The notes: generated by a model not told the origin, from the sequence alone. A DNA stretch of 64,000 bases from Anaerolineae bacterium (GCA_022822305.1 JAJEBY010000013.1:131617-195616), one strand, 5' to 3'. Positions 38,010 to 48,073 are shown, numbered from the stretch's first letter. Program-made: numbers and translations.

Positions 38010-39143
38010 TCAATCCGCGGAAAGCGTCCCCGGCAGCACAAAATCCGAGCGATTAATCACATTCTGTTTCGACAGCAGGTCTCGCACCGCTTCCCTCTGG
38101 GACGTCGGCAATGCCAGGGTGTTGCCGCGGTCATCATCACGCGCGAATACCGTGCCCGCCTGCGCATCCGATTCAAAAGCCCGCAGCATCGCTGGCAGCG
38201 CCGTGCGCGGTAACCGGCTCAAGTCGAGAATCCGCTCTAGTACCGCATCTCGATTTTGCTGCAAATCTTCGTAGCGGATGGCGGCGACGGGCGCGCCCGC
38301 GCCCTGCAGCCTGAGATACTCATCCAGCATATATATCCAGGACAGCGCCCGCTCCTCCAATCCTTTGTAGCTTGCGAAGTCAGGATGGGCGAAGGCTTCG
38401 AGGGCGGCTGGCGGGCATTGCATATATGCGGCTTGGCGCTCAATGGCTTGCGCGCGCGTGAAGCGCAGAATGGGGTCGTTGCGTTTGCTGCGCAGCCGAT
38501 GAAAGGACGCCAGCCAATCGATGACATTGCGATACACGAAAAAATGCGCCGCCGACGGCAGTGCGCCGACAAAGCGTTTCATAATGCTGGTCGCTTGATT
38601 GCGAAACTTGATGGCGACGCGCGAATCGTGCGCGACCGCGGCAGGACGGCAGAGCCAGGCCACGCAGGCGCGCATCAGCTCATATTGTTCGGGCAGCGGC
38701 AACCCCTCGAGTCGAACGCAATTGGTCAGCACGTCCGGCTCGGACAGCGAAATGACGCCCGGGGCTTGGTTGAAGGCGTTGCTCAGCACCGTCGAGCCAC
38801 AGCGCGCGATATTGTGCAGGAGGATCAGGTTCGTTTCTTCAAGCGGGATGCGATTCGCAAGCCGGGTGAACGTCTCAAACGGAAGCGCGACTAAGTATTC
38901 GGCGCTGTCGAATTGCGCCTGATACATGAAGGGCACGCGCGCCAGATTGATGCTCGGAGGCAGGGCGGTGAAGATCGCTCGCTGCCGCGCCTCGTCCAGG
39001 CAATAGAGGCTGAAGCTGCCGTCAGCCAGCAGGGTTTCGGCATCAAACGCGCCGGCCGGGCTGGTATCAAAGTCGGCGAGCGAGGTGATGACGGCGACGC
39101 GGCCGCGGTGGCGCGTTTGAATCCGCAGTTTTTCAGCGTTCAT
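38010..39143 (-). CDS. Sulfotransferase-family-like protein
   Basis: PAPS 5'-phosphate-loop-like LLHNIARCGSTVLSNAF, and C-terminal IRYEDLQQNRDAVLERILDL typical of bacterial sulfotransferases. Confidence 0.5.
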   Translation of the reverse strand: MNAEKLRIQTRHRGRVAVITSLADFDTSPAGAFDAETLLADGSFSLYCLDEARQRAIFTALPPSINLARVPFMYQAQFDSAEYLVALPFETFTRLANRIPLEETNLILLHNIARCGSTVLSNAFNQAPGVISLSEPDVLTNCVRLEGLPLPEQYELMRACVAWLCRPAAVAHDSRVAIKFRNQATSIMKRFVGALPSAAHFFVYRNVIDWLASFHRLRSKRNDPILRFTRAQAIERQAAYMQCPPAALEAFAHPDFASYKGLEERALSWIYMLDEYLRLQGAGAPVAAIRYEDLQQNRDAVLERILDLSRLPRTALPAMLRAFESDAQAGTVFARDDDRGNTLALPTSQREAVRDLLSKQNVINRSDFVLPGTLSAD

Positions 39144-39165
39144 TTTGCAGGTTGACCCTCAAGCG

Positions 39166-39801
39166 TTAAGGTGAGTGATCACGCATCCGCTTGCGCTGGA
39201 AAAGCCGCGCCTCGGCCTCGACGAATTCGACGGCGCCGGCGATGGTGGGATTGGGCGGCATATCGCTGGGCAAGTCATGAAGGTCGAAAGCCGTGATGCG
39301 CGGCGCCGCCTCCAACGCTACCCGTACCGCGCCGATTTGTCCGCCGCAAATGTCTTGCAGGCGTAGCGCATTGCAGGACATTTGAGTACGCTCGCTGGGC
39401 GCCAGGACAATCTGAAAGCGCTGCTCTTGAGCGTCCGGTTTGGCCGTGGCGATGAGGGGCTCGTCGTGATCCGGCAAGCGAAACATCCCGGCACGCGTCG
39501 CATCAATCAATGTCATGGTCGCCTGCGCGGCGAGTTTGTCTCTTTCCGCAATGTCCACTTCGCCGTCAACATGGGCCGCGTGATAACCCATGCCATCGAG
39601 CAGGATGAGCATTGAGCGCCCACCCGTTTCCCGGCAGTGCCAGGCGGTTTCATCGCAGGCTCGTCCCAAGTCGAAGACGAGCGTCGTGCCGGCTGCCGAC
39701 GCTTTCAGGCGCGCCAACAGGGTATAGAGCCGCGGCAGCAGGGCAATATCGCCGCGCAGATTGGACGTGTAAAGGATCGTCAGACTCAGCGGTTCTTCCA
39801 T
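39166..39801 (-). CDS. Degenerate calcineurin-like metallophosphoesterase (5'-nucleotidase N-domain-like) lacking metal ligands
   Basis: TILYTSNLRGD / LVFDLGRACDE / GMGYHAAHVDGE occupy the places of the DxHG / GDxxxG / GNHE motifs, with the ligands replaced. Confidence 0.4.
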   Translation of the reverse strand: MEEPLSLTILYTSNLRGDIALLPRLYTLLARLKASAAGTTLVFDLGRACDETAWHCRETGGRSMLILLDGMGYHAAHVDGEVDIAERDKLAAQATMTLIDATRAGMFRLPDHDEPLIATAKPDAQEQRFQIVLAPSERTQMSCNALRLQDICGGQIGAVRVALEAAPRITAFDLHDLPSDMPPNPTIAGAVEFVEAEARLFQRKRMRDHSP

Positions 39802-40562
39802 ACGGCTTTCCGCTTTTCGATGAAAGCGCGCGTGCCCTCGTCTTTGTCTTCCGAGGCGAAGGCGATCATGAAATTGCGCCGCTCTGCTTCCAGCCCGGCA
39901 TTCAAGGTCGTCTCGTAGGCCTGGTTGATGGCGTCTTTGGTCAGTCGTACCGCCACTTGTGACCGGCCCCCGATCTTGCTGGCGATCTCGATGGCCAGGT
40001 CCATATACTGGTCGATCGGCGCCACGCGGCTGACCAAGCCATGCTGCAGGGCCTCTTGCGCATTCAGTCGGCGGTCGGTCAGCATGACTTCCATCGCCAG
40101 CGCCTTGCCCAGGATGCGGGTCATGCGCTGCGTGCCGCCTGCGCCCGGTATTATGCCCAAGTTGATCTCCGGCTGTCCGAATACGGCCGTCTCCGATGCT
40201 ACGATCAAATCGCAGAGCATCGCCAGCTCGCAGCCGCCGCCCAAGGCGAATCCCGACACTGCCGCGATAATTGGCTTGCCGATGCCTTTGACATCGAAGC
40301 GCTCGATCAGCGATTGACCCGCCAGCATCTCCATGGCTGTCAATTCCGCCAGTTCCTTGATATCGGCCCCGGCGGCGAAAGCCTTGTCGTTGCCGGTCAG
40401 GATCATCGCCGCGATGGTCTCATCATGGTCAAAGGCCTGCATGGCCGCGTTGACTTCGTCCATCAATGGTGAATTTAAGGCGTTCAGCGCTTGAGGACGA
40501 TTGAGCTGTACGCGCCCCACGCCAGCGGCCGGTTGATCGACCAGGATATTTTCGTAGCTCAT
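39786..40562 (-). CDS. Enoyl-CoA hydratase (crotonase family)
   Basis: VGRVQLNRPQALNAL...LTGNDKAFAAGADIKE...AAVSGFALGGGCELAMLCD. Start set at ATG 40562. Confidence 0.9.
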   Translation of the reverse strand: MSYENILVDQPAAGVGRVQLNRPQALNALNSPLMDEVNAAMQAFDHDETIAAMILTGNDKAFAAGADIKELAELTAMEMLAGQSLIERFDVKGIGKPIIAAVSGFALGGGCELAMLCDLIVASETAVFGQPEINLGIIPGAGGTQRMTRILGKALAMEVMLTDRRLNAQEALQHGLVSRVAPIDQYMDLAIEIASKIGGRSQVAVRLTKDAINQAYETTLNAGLEAERRNFMIAFASEDKDEGTRAFIEKRKAVWKNR

Positions 40563-40670
40563 GTCCGCGTTCCTTTTGCTTGAGAAATAGTTGCCGCAAC
40601 GGGTCGATTTTACCATGCGGCTCGCGCCGACGATATGGCGCGGCAATCCGAATGAGACTGACTTTGCGCG

Positions 40671-41762
40671 TCAACGCGGCGGCACAAACTTAAGAACCTG
40701 CGCGGCAGCGTCGTCGGCGCTTATGCCATCGCGCTCCCAATTCCAGCTTCGCGCTGCTGTGGAATCCAGTTCGACGTTGACGTTCGCTCGCGGCTTCCAC
40801 AGCGCCAGATGATTGGGCGTGAAGGGCGCGTAGCGCGCTGGGTCGGTGGGTCCCATGATCATGACGGCGGGAGCGCCGGCTGCGGCGGCCAAATGCGTCA
40901 ATCCGCTGTCATTGCCAATGTAAACCAACGCGCCGGCCGCCAGCGCCGCGATCTCGGCGAAACTCAGCTCCCCGATCCAGCAGACTGCCGGTCGCTTTAG
41001 CTTGTCGGCGACATCCGCGACCAACGCAGTGTCAGCTGGGCCGCCTATCAAGACTATACGCGCGTCGTGCGCCTCCGAAACACTATCGAGCAGTGCCGCC
41101 AATTGCGCCGGCGGATATCGCTTGCTCGCCATGTACATGCCGGGATTGCTGCCGCCGCCGGGATGCGCAACCAGGTAAGGAGGCGGAGTACGCTCAGTTT
41201 TAAGACGCGCGTCAACGCTTTGGCGCGCCTCGGCGTCAACCGGCACCTTGGCATGAGCTTGTAGCTCGCGGCCAGCGATGGCGCTGATTAGCCGCAGGTA
41301 GATCGCGCCTTCGTGCTCTCGCGCTGAGGGATCAACCGCGATGCGCAGATTGTAGCCGAATCCGCGCCCGCCGCTATCCAGGCCGGCCCGCGCAGGTATG
41401 CCCGCCAGGAAGACCGCCAGGCTCATCAGCGGGGAGCGCAAGAGTGACACCGCCAGATCGAACTTGCCGGCGCGCAATTGCCGGATGAATCGGATCATGC
41501 CGCCTTCGGACTGCCAGGGCAGGGCCGCTGCGCCCGTATCCAAAATGGCGTCATGCCCGGGATGATTCGCGATTGCCGGCGCCGACCACGATCCGATCGC
41601 CCAGGTGATATGAGCGTGCGGGAAAACCCCGCGCAATGCCGAAAGCGCCGCCGTCGCCGTCACCACATCGCCGATGCAGCAGGGGCGGATGAATACTATC
41701 CGGCTCGCTGTGGCGAGGCCTTTTCGCTGCGGGAACAGGCGCGCCAGGACGGGATAAATCAT
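40671..41762 (-). CDS. Glycosyltransferase family 9 (heptosyltransferase-like)
   Basis: ILFIRPCCIGDVVTATAAL...HPGGGSNP...KRYP...IGNDSGLTHLAAAAGAP pattern. Confidence 0.8.
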   Translation of the reverse strand: MIYPVLARLFPQRKGLATASRIVFIRPCCIGDVVTATAALSALRGVFPHAHITWAIGSWSAPAIANHPGHDAILDTGAAALPWQSEGGMIRFIRQLRAGKFDLAVSLLRSPLMSLAVFLAGIPARAGLDSGGRGFGYNLRIAVDPSAREHEGAIYLRLISAIAGRELQAHAKVPVDAEARQSVDARLKTERTPPPYLVAHPGGGSNPGMYMASKRYPPAQLAALLDSVSEAHDARIVLIGGPADTALVADVADKLKRPAVCWIGELSFAEIAALAAGALVYIGNDSGLTHLAAAAGAPAVMIMGPTDPARYAPFTPNHLALWKPRANVNVELDSTAARSWNWERDGISADDAAAQVLKFVPPR

Positions 41763-41985
41763 TTGAACGCAGCCCTCCTAGTCCGGCGTCAAGAGCGTTT
41801 GACCTAGCTAAACACCGACGTGCAGTGGAATCTGGAGCGCCGAAAATGTCGAACGATGTCGGGGGAAGGTATCGGAATCTCCCTCCACATTTAGAGAATA
41901 TCTGGATTTGACCATTTGCAAAACTTTAAGTTGTGTTAAGATAACATTAAGTGATGTAGAAATTTTGACTAAGGGAGCGCTTGTT

Positions 41986-42657
41986 ATGGAACTCTCACGC
42001 GCATTCACCTACGTCTTCCGCGATCAGCACTGGATCAGCAAATTGGGCGAAATAGGCCTGCTGTCAGTGCTTTGCCCGACGCCGGTCATGGGGCTTGTGC
42101 CGCTCTGCGCCTTGCTCGGCTATTTTGTGGAAATCGTCCACAACGTCGCCCACGACGATGCTCAGCCACTGCCGGTATGGGACCATATCGGCGAGGACGT
42201 CAAAAAAGGCGTTCACGTGTTGGTGGCTTTGTTGATCTATCACATGCCTCCGATTCTCGTGCTTTCAGCGATCTATCACTTCCGCCCCACTCTCGCGCTC
42301 GGCGCCAATGGCGACTTACCGTTTATTGCTTTCGCTACAGCCTACGCGCCGCTGCTGATCCTTTACCTGCTGGCAGCTTGGCCCATATTCGCCATCGGCC
42401 TGCTTCAATACGCGGAGACCTGGGAGCCGGGTGAATTCTACCATTGGGGGAGGCTCTGCCGCACGATACAGAACAATGCCGTGATTACTGCGCAGTGGCT
42501 AATCTCGGCGATGGCCGCCAACGTCATACTTGTGCTCCTGACGCCCGCGCTGTTGCTGGGAGTAGTTCTCTTCTTGCCGGTGCACGGCTATCTTCTCGGC
42601 AAGTTTGGAAGACGACTAGCAGCGGCAAAGTCAACGTTCCAGCGCGCCGCCGCCTGA
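41986..42657 (+). CDS. DUF4013-like integral membrane protein
   Basis: MELSRAFTYVFRDQHWISKL... N-terminus and multiple TM helices. ATG 41986 is preceded by AAGGGAG. Confidence 0.55.
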   Translation: MELSRAFTYVFRDQHWISKLGEIGLLSVLCPTPVMGLVPLCALLGYFVEIVHNVAHDDAQPLPVWDHIGEDVKKGVHVLVALLIYHMPPILVLSAIYHFRPTLALGANGDLPFIAFATAYAPLLILYLLAAWPIFAIGLLQYAETWEPGEFYHWGRLCRTIQNNAVITAQWLISAMAANVILVLLTPALLLGVVLFLPVHGYLLGKFGRRLAAAKSTFQRAAA

Positions 42658-42708
42658 AATTTGTGCCGGTAGCATAGGGCTTGATCTCCAAGTCTTGCCG
42701 GATTTCCG

Positions 42709-42737
42709 TTGTATCAAACCTAGCAAAAACGTATACT
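42709..42737 (+). promoter_or_regulatory. Candidate sigma70-type promoter (TTGTAT-N17-TATACT) upstream of the PIN/TRAM gene
   Basis: Hexamers at 42709-42714 and 42732-42737. It would give a roughly 175-nt leader. Confidence 0.35.
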
Positions 42738-42918
42738 GTAAGATGAATAACTTGCGCCGCAGCCGTCATTGTTTGTTGCCCTCATCCTTTTTCACTAGGG
42801 CCGCGGCGAGCAGGCAATCGTTTTCTAACTACTCTATTATCGCTGTTTAACCTGAGCTGGGTGTGACCCGAGTTCCAGACTGGCATGCTTGCGGACCAGG
42901 TTGAGCACAGGAGTTAAC

Positions 42919-43983
42919 GTGGTTATGAGCGCATTTCTTGCATTCCGCTTTATTGGATTGATCTCATTTGCCCTTGTCGGTTTTTATATCGGGGCAGAAC
43001 TCTCTACGATGACCGCAATATCTACCCGAGACGCTTGTTTGTTGTTCCTGCTTGTTGGCGCGGTATTCGGTGTGGTGGTAACGCCCTGGATCACCGTAAG
43101 ACCCTGGCAGTGCTGGCGGCGCTCGATGAGCGAAATGCCCGTCTCCAAAGTAATGATTTCAATGTTGGGCGGCTTGGTTGGCTTACTGCTCGCGCTGTTG
43201 TTTGCTTTCCCCTTGTCGCTGCTCGGCGATCCAATAGGACGGCTCTTTCCGGCGATCGTTTCGCTGGCATGCGCCTTCGCTGGCATGACTGTATTCAACA
43301 CGCATTCAGGCGAGATCCTGGAATTGATCGGCGGACGCGTATTGGGACGGCAGCGCCGCCTGCCATCGTCGGGTGGCGCTCGACCATTGCTGCTCGATAC
43401 CAGCGTCTTGATCGACGGCAGAATTGTGGAAATCGCCGAAACCGGTTTCATCGGCGGGACTTTGGTTATCCCACATTTTGTTCTGAGCGAATTGCACCGC
43501 GTGGCTGATTCGTCCGATGCTCTGCGCCGCAATCGCGGTCGGCGCGGGCTGGCCAAGCTCAATGAGCTGCAGCGCAACAATAATCTGCCGGTCAAGATTG
43601 TCGATGACGATCCGGTCGATTTTGCCGAGGTCGATGCCAAACTGGTCGCGCTGGCGATCCAACTGGACGCCTCCTTGGTCACAAACGACTTCAACCTGAA
43701 CCAGGTCGCCGATGCGCAGGGGGTCGATGTTCTGAATATCAACGCCTTGTCAAACGCCGTGCGCTCGGTCTATATCCCGGGCGAAACCTTCGATATTCGC
43801 ATCATCCAGGAGGGCCGCGACCCCAATCAGGGCATCGGTTATCTCGATGACGGCACGATGGTGGTGGTGGAATCCGGGCAAAGGTACATGGATCGCAATA
43901 TCGGCGTCGAAGTGACCAAACTGATCAACCGGCCCACGGGTCGCATGATCTTCGCTGTGCCCGAGGGGGACGCGGCGCGCTAA
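42919..43983 (+). CDS. Membrane-anchored PIN plus TRAM domain protein (YacL-like)
   Basis: N-terminal TM helices; PIN LLLDTSVLIDGRI...LVIPHFVLSELH...LVTNDFNLNQVA; TRAM-like C-terminus FDIRIIQEGRDPNQGIGYLDDGTMVVV. GTG 42919 lies 5 nt after AGGAG (ATG 42925 is an alternative). Confidence 0.8.
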   Translation: MVMSAFLAFRFIGLISFALVGFYIGAELSTMTAISTRDACLLFLLVGAVFGVVVTPWITVRPWQCWRRSMSEMPVSKVMISMLGGLVGLLLALLFAFPLSLLGDPIGRLFPAIVSLACAFAGMTVFNTHSGEILELIGGRVLGRQRRLPSSGGARPLLLDTSVLIDGRIVEIAETGFIGGTLVIPHFVLSELHRVADSSDALRRNRGRRGLAKLNELQRNNNLPVKIVDDDPVDFAEVDAKLVALAIQLDASLVTNDFNLNQVADAQGVDVLNINALSNAVRSVYIPGETFDIRIIQEGRDPNQGIGYLDDGTMVVVESGQRYMDRNIGVEVTKLINRPTGRMIFAVPEGDAAR

Positions 43984-44118
43984 GCCACTTGCAAGCCTGG
44001 CGAATTGCCTGCCTCCCACAGGCAGCCCGGGCGCATGAATCGGTGTACCCAGTGAACGCGGCATCTGTTACGATAGCCGCGTTTTCCTATCTATAGACCC
44101 CATGCGAAAGAGGACTCG

Positions 44119-45942
44119 ATGGCCGAAGCAATCCGAGAGCGCGCCACCGGCGCGGAAGCAGTAATTTGGGATCTGTCAGTATTTTACGCAGGTCTCGACG
44201 ACCCCAAAATTGAAGCCGATATCGAAGGTCTGACCGGGCTGGTGGATGAGTTTCACGATGCCTGGCGCGGTAAAGTCGCGGCGATGAAATCGGAAGACTT
44301 CGTCAGCGCCTACCAAGCGTTGGAAGCGATTTATGACTTGCGCGGTCGCCTGGATTCATACGCTTTCCTGAATTTCTCGACCGATACCGGCGACTCGGCC
44401 TATCAAGCCTTCGTGGCGAGGATGCAAGATCTGGGCGCGGCTCTCAGCCAGAAAACGGTCTTCTTCGAGCTGGAATGGAACGCGCTGGACGACGTTCGCG
44501 CCCAAGCGATCCTGGACGATCCGGCGCTGGCAAAGTATCGCTACTATCTTGAGGCGGAACGGCGTTACAAGCCCTATCTTTTGAGCGAAGCCGAAGAGCA
44601 GATCCTGATCGAGGGGCAGCTCACCGGCAGCAGCGCCTGGACGCGCTTCTTCACGCAGCTGACCGGCGGATTCCGCTTCGATTGGATGGGCGACGAGGTC
44701 AATATGTCCTTCGTCCTCAACAAGCTGCACGATAGCGACCGCGATGTGCGCGAGATGGCCTGGCGCATATTGACCGACAAACTCGATGAGAAATCGATGG
44801 AGCTGACGTTCATCTTCAATACCCTGGCCTTGGACAAAGCCAACAGCGATCGCCGCCGCGGCTATCCCAGCTGGGTCTCCGCTCGCAACTTGAGCAACAA
44901 AGCCAGCGACGAGGTGGTCGAGGCGCTGGTGGAGAGTGTGACGGGCAATTATGGTCTGGTCGCGCGCCATTATCAGCTCAAACGGTCGCTGCTCGGTTTT
45001 GAGGAACTCTTTGATTACGATCGCTATGCGCCGCTCAACTTGAAAGAGAGCGACAGCTTTTATCCCTGGGAAAACGCCCGGGATATCGTTCTCAAGGCCT
45101 TCGAGAAATTCAGTCCGGCCATGTGTTCGGTCGCGCGTGAGTTCTTTGACAACGACTGGATTCACGCGCCGGTGCTGCCCAGCAAACGAGGAGGCGCCTA
45201 TGCCGCGTCCACCGTTGCCAGCGCCAATCCTTTCGTCTTCCTCAACTATCTCGGCGCCACCCGCGATGTCACTACACTGGCGCATGAGCTGGGCCACGGC
45301 ATTCACATGGCGCTATCTGGCCGCGCCAAGGGACTGTTTGCGCTCTACACGCCGCTGACCACCGCCGAAATGGCATCGACCTTCGCCGAGATGCTGGTCT
45401 TCCAGGATCTGATGGCGGCGGAATCCGACCGCGAAGTTCAGCTATCGATGTTGGTGGGCAAGATTGAAGATACCTTCGCCACCGTTTTCCGTCAGATCTC
45501 GATGAATCGCTTTGAAGACAAGATGCACACTGCCCGCCGCAACGAAGGCGAACTGACGACGGAACGCCTCAGCGAATTGTGGCTGGATACGCAGCGCGAT
45601 ATGTTCGCTGACAGCGTGACGATCACCGAGGAATATGGCTTGTGGTGGAGTTATGTGCCGCACTTCTTGCATACGCCCGGCTACGTATACGCTTATTCCT
45701 TCGGCGAATTGCTGGTGCTGGCGCTTTACCGCATCTATCAGGAGGAGGGTGAGTCTTTCGTGCCCAAATATCTCGATCTGCTGGCGGCGGGCGATTCCGA
45801 TTATCCGGACCGGCTGCTGGCCACGGTCGGCGTCGACATCAACGATCCGGGCTTCTGGCAAAAGGGCATCGATGTCATTGAAGCGTGGATCAACCAAGCC
45901 GAAGCGCTGGCTCGGGAACTCTATCCCGATTTGGTCGCTTGA
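44119..45942 (+). CDS. pepF: Oligoendopeptidase F-like M3B metallopeptidase
   Basis: Zinc motif TLAHELGHGIH and overall length/pattern of the M3B family. Confidence 0.88.
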   Translation: MAEAIRERATGAEAVIWDLSVFYAGLDDPKIEADIEGLTGLVDEFHDAWRGKVAAMKSEDFVSAYQALEAIYDLRGRLDSYAFLNFSTDTGDSAYQAFVARMQDLGAALSQKTVFFELEWNALDDVRAQAILDDPALAKYRYYLEAERRYKPYLLSEAEEQILIEGQLTGSSAWTRFFTQLTGGFRFDWMGDEVNMSFVLNKLHDSDRDVREMAWRILTDKLDEKSMELTFIFNTLALDKANSDRRRGYPSWVSARNLSNKASDEVVEALVESVTGNYGLVARHYQLKRSLLGFEELFDYDRYAPLNLKESDSFYPWENARDIVLKAFEKFSPAMCSVAREFFDNDWIHAPVLPSKRGGAYAASTVASANPFVFLNYLGATRDVTTLAHELGHGIHMALSGRAKGLFALYTPLTTAEMASTFAEMLVFQDLMAAESDREVQLSMLVGKIEDTFATVFRQISMNRFEDKMHTARRNEGELTTERLSELWLDTQRDMFADSVTITEEYGLWWSYVPHFLHTPGYVYAYSFGELLVLALYRIYQEEGESFVPKYLDLLAAGDSDYPDRLLATVGVDINDPGFWQKGIDVIEAWINQAEALARELYPDLVA

Positions 45943-45982
45943 TTGGCGCGAGCGCGCTTGTGATGCGTGAGCGCAAAACGGG

Positions 45983-46399
45983 ATGATGACCGCAGGTTAC
46001 TCTGCCACGCCGCTCGTGAAGAAACTCGGCATCAAGCCGGGATTTCGCCTGGCGCTCCTGCATGCGCCGCCGCACTTTCCGGAGCTGCTGGGCGATTTGC
46101 CGGCTGATGTGGCCGTTGATCTCAAGATTGAAGGCGGCGAATATGATGTCGTGCACGCCTTCTATAAGTGGCGCGCTGACTATCAGGCTGAATTCGCCAC
46201 GCTGATGGCGGCCATTGGCGGCGCCGGCATGGTCTGGATTTCCTGGTACAAGAAGGCGGCCAAAATGCCGACCGATATCAGCGAGGATGTCGTGCGCGAT
46301 GTCGCGCTGGCGGGTGGATTGGTGGATGTCAAGGTCGCCGCTATCGACGCGCAGTGGTCGGGATTGAAGCTGGTTTATCGGCTCGCCGATCGTCAATAG
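45983..46399 (+). CDS. DUF3052-like protein
   Basis: GYSATPLVKKLGIKPGFRLALLHAP...MVWISWYKK resembles DUF3052 as I recall it. Confidence 0.55.
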   Translation: MMTAGYSATPLVKKLGIKPGFRLALLHAPPHFPELLGDLPADVAVDLKIEGGEYDVVHAFYKWRADYQAEFATLMAAIGGAGMVWISWYKKAAKMPTDISEDVVRDVALAGGLVDVKVAAIDAQWSGLKLVYRLADRQ

Positions 46400-46419
46400 C
46401 GCAGAAAACGGCTCAGGGC

Positions 46420-46896
46420 ATGGGAACGATTCTCAATCTGAACGGGGCGCTCCAACTGCGCGAATCGCTGCGCCAGACGGGAAAGACCCTCGTCTTCACC
46501 AACGGCCATTTTGACCTGCTGCATATCGGCCATCTCGATTACCTGACCAAGGCGCGCGACCTGGGTGATGCGCTGTTTGTCGGTCTAAACGGCGATGCTT
46601 CGACCAGGCGCCTGAAAGGCGCGGGACGTCCAATCGTGGCGGCATCGCAGCGCGCGCGTCTTTTGGCGGGATTGGATGCCGTCGATGCTGTCATCGTCTT
46701 TGATGAAGACACGGCTGATACGCTGCTGCGCGCGCTCGAACCGGAGATTTATGCCAAAGGCGGGGACTACGCCGAAAAGGACTTGCCGGAGCGTCCCACC
46801 GTCGAGGCATACGGCGGACGCGTGGAATTGATCGAGTATCTGCCAGGCCAAAGCACGACCGAGCTCATCAACAAGATCCGTAATTTGCCCAACTAG
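46420..46896 (+). CDS. D-glycero-beta-D-manno-heptose-1-phosphate adenylyltransferase-like cytidylyltransferase (RfaE/HldE domain II type)
   Basis: VFTNGHFDLLHIGHLDYLTKARDLGDALFVGLNGDASTRRLKGAGRPI...KGGDY. Start set at ATG 46420. Confidence 0.8.
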   Translation: MGTILNLNGALQLRESLRQTGKTLVFTNGHFDLLHIGHLDYLTKARDLGDALFVGLNGDASTRRLKGAGRPIVAASQRARLLAGLDAVDAVIVFDEDTADTLLRALEPEIYAKGGDYAEKDLPERPTVEAYGGRVELIEYLPGQSTTELINKIRNLPN

Positions 46897-46924
46897 CTAG
46901 GGAAACAGGGTGGGCTAGATTCGC

Positions 46925-47551
46925 TCAGGTCAAGCGGTTGTAAAACTCGACCACCTGCTGAATATCGACCGGTGTCTGCACTTCGCCCTCTTCCGGAACG
47001 CGATCCAGCGTCACGCTGTAATTGTCCTTGTCCACGGTAAGATAGGGCGGGAAGTATGCCGATTGCTGGACCCATTCCTGGATGTGCACATTCTTCTTCA
47101 TCTTGTCGCTGACTTCGACGACATCGCCCGGCCGCACCTGATAAGAGGGCAGGTTGACGCGCTGGCTATTGACCATGATATGGCCATGACCGACGATCTG
47201 CCGCGCCGCCCAGATCGTGGCGCCCAAGCCGGATTTGTAGACGACATTGTCCAACCGCCGCTCCAGCAGACCCAACAGGTTGACGCCGGTCGGACCCGCC
47301 ATCAGCGCCGCGCGCTTGTAATAGTTGCGCATCTGCCGCTCGCGCACGTTATAGAGAAAAGCCAGCTTCTGCTTTTCATCCAGCTGCAAGGCGTAGTTGC
47401 TGCGGCGCCCGGAGCGGAAAGATTTCTCTCGTCCGTGTTCGCCCGGCGGATAGGCGCGATTCTCCAGAATGCGCGAATATTTCGGGCGGGGCACCAGCAA
47501 TTCGCCGAAACGGCGCTGCGGTTTTGCTTTTGGTCCGTGATATGAAGCCAT
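46925..47551 (-). CDS. rpsD: 30S ribosomal protein S4
   Basis: MASYHGPKAKPQRRFG...YALQLDEKQKLAFLYNVRERQMRNYY...RLDNVVYKSGLGATIWAARQIVGHGHIMVN. Confidence 0.95.
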   Translation of the reverse strand: MASYHGPKAKPQRRFGELLVPRPKYSRILENRAYPPGEHGREKSFRSGRRSNYALQLDEKQKLAFLYNVRERQMRNYYKRAALMAGPTGVNLLGLLERRLDNVVYKSGLGATIWAARQIVGHGHIMVNSQRVNLPSYQVRPGDVVEVSDKMKKNVHIQEWVQQSAYFPPYLTVDKDNYSVTLDRVPEEGEVQTPVDIQQVVEFYNRLT

Positions 47552-47688
47552 ATTTTGACGCGTCCTCTTTTGTGCGAGGCACTTTTGCCCCGCTTGCTGC
47601 TCGTGTCGAGAGTTAGCTCACCAGAAATCGGCAAGATAGTATAGGCGATTTCGCGCTCCTTGCTAGGGTGAGTTTGCTGTAGATGCGA

Positions 47689-47892
47689 TCAACGGAACAC
47701 GCCAAGTAAGGTACCGCCCGTAATGAGTGCGAACGCAAAAAAAGCTAAACTGAGTACTATTGGCCCGACAATTGCCACTACCAAACAGCCCAGGTAGGCA
47801 GAGATCTTCTTCAACAATCTCTCTTGCACTTCCGTACTCTGGCGGATCAACTGCAACTGCATTAGTTGATGGTCAACATGAGGATCGTGCAC
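47689..47892 (-). CDS. Small hypothetical membrane protein
   Basis: 67 aa with one long hydrophobic C-terminal segment (LGCLVVAIVGPIVLSLAFFAFALITGGTLLGVF), in an AT-rich spacer. Coding status is uncertain. Confidence 0.3.
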   Translation of the reverse strand: MHDPHVDHQLMQLQLIRQSTEVQERLLKKISAYLGCLVVAIVGPIVLSLAFFAFALITGGTLLGVFR

Positions 47893-48073
47893 TTAACCCC
47901 TTTCTACTGTGGTTAGATAATTCATAGTGATTGCTACCACGAGATGCTCCAGTGAACATGACCTCGACTTGTTTCCCATCGCTTAAATGGAATATCATCG
48001 TGTACGTGCAAAGCTAGAGTCAATTGGCTGACAGGCAACATGCGCATTGTCTGCGATCTGTGCAAAGGCCGAA

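Noticed and set aside
44356-45306. 316-aa minus-strand ORF antisense to pepF
   Set aside because: Shadow ORF; the plus frame contains the HELGH zinc motif.
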